This document shows positions 62,442 to 64,000 of a stretch of 64,000 bases of DNA, one piece after another (position 1 is the first letter of the stretch; each line of letters begins with the position of its first letter). Under the pieces are notes generated by a model, which was not told the origin of the DNA, did no database searches, and was given only the letters and a program-made list of their open reading frames with translations. The stretch is from NCBI GenBank assembly GCA_963662355.1, contig OY759361.1, positions 615,834 through 679,833 on the forward strand, in the 5' to 3' direction. Source of the stretch: Gammaproteobacteria bacterium (GTDB taxonomy: Bacteria > Pseudomonadota > Gammaproteobacteria > UBA4575). The translations under genes and the position numbers were made by a program.

Positions 62442-63761
62442 TTAACTGGTCAGGCTGCGCAGCAGGGTGATGCAATCGTTGTCAATCTGTTCGTTGCCGT
62501 CGCGCAATTCCGAGATTCTCCTGCAGGCATGCAGGACGGTCGTGTGATCCCGCCCGCCAAAGGCACTGCCGATCTCGGGCAGGCTGTGACTGGTCAACTC
62601 CTTTGACAGGAACATTGCAATCTGGCGGGGACGGGTCACTGAACGCGTGCGCCTTGCTGAAAGCAGGTCCGATACCCGGATGCGGAAGTGCTCTGCGACG
62701 GTCTTCTGGATATTGTCGATGGTGACCATCTTGGCCTGTGAGACCAGCAGGTCCTGCAGGGCGTGCTTGGCGAAGTCGAGTGTGACCGCGGTACCGGTGA
62801 ACTGTGCATTGGCAATGACCCGTCTCAGGGCACCTTCGAGTTCCCGGATATTGGAATGAATACACCGGCCGATGAAAAAGGCCACGTCGCTCGGCAGGGA
62901 GACGCCCATGAGCTCTGCCTTGCTCTGCACAATGGCTACGCGGGTTTCCAGCTCCGGTGGTTCAATGGCTTGCGTGAGCCCCCAGCTGAACCGCGATCTC
63001 AGCCGCTCCTCCAGCCCGTCCACGTCTTTCGGATACCGGTCACACGTCAGGATGACCTGGCGCTGCCCCTCCAGCAGGGAGTTGAAGGTGTGAAAGAATT
63101 CCTCCTGGGAGCGCTCCTTGCGTGCGAAGAACTGGATATCATCGATCAGCAGGACATCGATGGTCCGGTAATGCTGCTTGAATTCACTGATGGTGTTGTG
63201 CTGCAGCGCCTTGACCATGTCAGCGACGAAGCGCTCGGAGTGCAGGTAGGTAATCTTGATGGCCGGACGGTCTGCCAGGATACGATTGCCGATGGCGTGC
63301 AGCAGGTGGGTCTTGCCCAGACCCACCCCGCCGTAGATCAGCAGGGGATTGTAGGTGCTGCCTGGATGGTGGGCAACTTGCAGGGCGGCAGCTTTTGGCA
63401 GCTGGTTGGACTTGCCTTCCACGAAGGTGTCGAAAGTGAAATTCGGGTTGAGGTTATGGTGAAAATTCTTGGGCTGAGGGCCATTGGGCTTCGCGTCTGT
63501 CGGCGTGCGTTGCGGCTCGCTGCTCCCGATCTCCAGTGCGACCTGCCAGTCCATGCCGGTCTGGCCGGAGTGAACCAGCTCGCCGATGCGTTTCAGGAAA
63601 TGGTTTTCTACCCAGTCCAGGACAAACCGGTTGGGTGCCAGCAGGGTCAGTTCGCCGTCGTGCTCGATGGCATGCAGCGGGCGGATCCAGGTGTTGAGTT
63701 GCTGTTCGGTTAACTCGGATTCGAGCCGGTGCACACATGAATTCCAGAGGGTACTTGCCAT
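62442..63761 (-). CDS. dnaA: Chromosomal replication initiator protein DnaA
   Basis: N-terminal domain I ([24 protein letters not shown]), AAA+ Walker [17 protein letters not shown], and the C-terminal DNA-binding helix ([12 protein letters not shown]). Confidence 0.97.
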   Translation of the reverse strand: MASTLWNSCVHRLESELTEQQLNTWIRPLHAIEHDGELTLLAPNRFVLDWVENHFLKRIGELVHSGQTGMDWQVALEIGSSEPQRTPTDAKPNGPQPKNFHHNLNPNFTFDTFVEGKSNQLPKAAALQVAHHPGSTYNPLLIYGGVGLGKTHLLHAIGNRILADRPAIKITYLHSERFVADMVKALQHNTISEFKQHYRTIDVLLIDDIQFFARKERSQEEFFHTFNSLLEGQRQVILTCDRYPKDVDGLEERLRSRFSWGLTQAIEPPELETRVAIVQSKAELMGVSLPSDVAFFIGRCIHSNIRELEGALRRVIANAQFTGTAVTLDFAKHALQDLLVSQAKMVTIDNIQKTVAEHFRIRVSDLLSARRTRSVTRPRQIAMFLSKELTSHSLPEIGSAFGGRDHTTVLHACRRISELRDGNEQIDNDCITLLRSLTS

Positions 63762-63836
63762 GTGCGAAACTCCAGAGTGTTTTTGTTTTATTATATGTGG
63801 GCTACGGGAGATCCAGTCTATCCAGTAATAGGCGAG

Positions 63837-63844
63837 TTATCCAC
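63837..63844 (+). promoter_or_regulatory. DnaA-box core TTATCCAC in the rpmH-dnaA spacer
   Basis: Exact 8/9 match (TTATCCACt). It sits 76-83 nt upstream of the dnaA start on the opposite strand, typical of dnaA autoregulation or origin regions. Confidence 0.45.
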
Positions 63845-63946
63845 TCCTTGTGTGAAGTCGATAACCGTTGACAAATGCAGATAGCGGGATTATTTTGCGC
63901 ACCGTAAGAGGTTCCTGCCCCAAGTACTTAGAAAATAGAACAGGCT

Positions 63947-64000
63947 ATGAAACGCACCTACCAGCCGAGTAACCTGAAACGTGCACGCACGCACGGGTTC
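63947..64000 (+). CDS. rpmH: 50S ribosomal protein L34 (5' part, truncated by the window edge)
   Basis: ATG at 63947 translates to MKRTYQPSNLKRARTHGF, the conserved L34 N-terminus. It is divergent from dnaA, as in most bacteria. Confidence 0.9.
   Translation, partial: MKRTYQPSNLKRARTHGF

Noticed and set aside
62763-63713. 316-aa plus-strand ORF
   Set aside because: It is antisense to dnaA.

Overview
High-GC gammaproteobacterial chromosome segment ending at the replication-origin gene set: gyrB, recF, dnaN and dnaA on the minus strand, with the first 18 codons of rpmH at the right edge. Most of the window is housekeeping: ntrYX, fmt/def, topA, tsaC, hemF, pyrF, hemB, aroE, ubiA, bioBF, coaBC, dut, algC, argB, pyrE, add, two exonuclease III genes and ampG. 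Three parts look accessory. (1) 6.0-9.3 kb holds a tandem array of paralogous beta-barrel OMP genes, the scar of a third copy, and a low-GC patch with a surface-lipoprotein-like gene fragment. (2) About 16.0-34.9 kb, between hemB and aroE, is lower-GC and begins with a decayed IS3-family transposase, a Fic protein and a lipoprotein. It continues as a roughly 15.7 kb oxidative cluster with no regulator gene. (3) 39.2-46.2 kb holds a porin-like gene plus a peptide/nickel-type ABC importer directly after bioBF. The most interesting candidate is a minus-strand operon in the cluster: an AlkB-type membrane di-iron hydroxylase homologue with one canonical His replaced by Ser, a cytoplasmic molybdopterin oxidoreductase, and an FNR-ferredoxin fusion. 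It lies divergent from a Liv-type ABC importer, an alpha/beta hydrolase and a Baeyer-Villiger monooxygenase. I found no rRNA, tRNA or CRISPR array. All functional calls come from reading motifs in the supplied translations; no database search was run.
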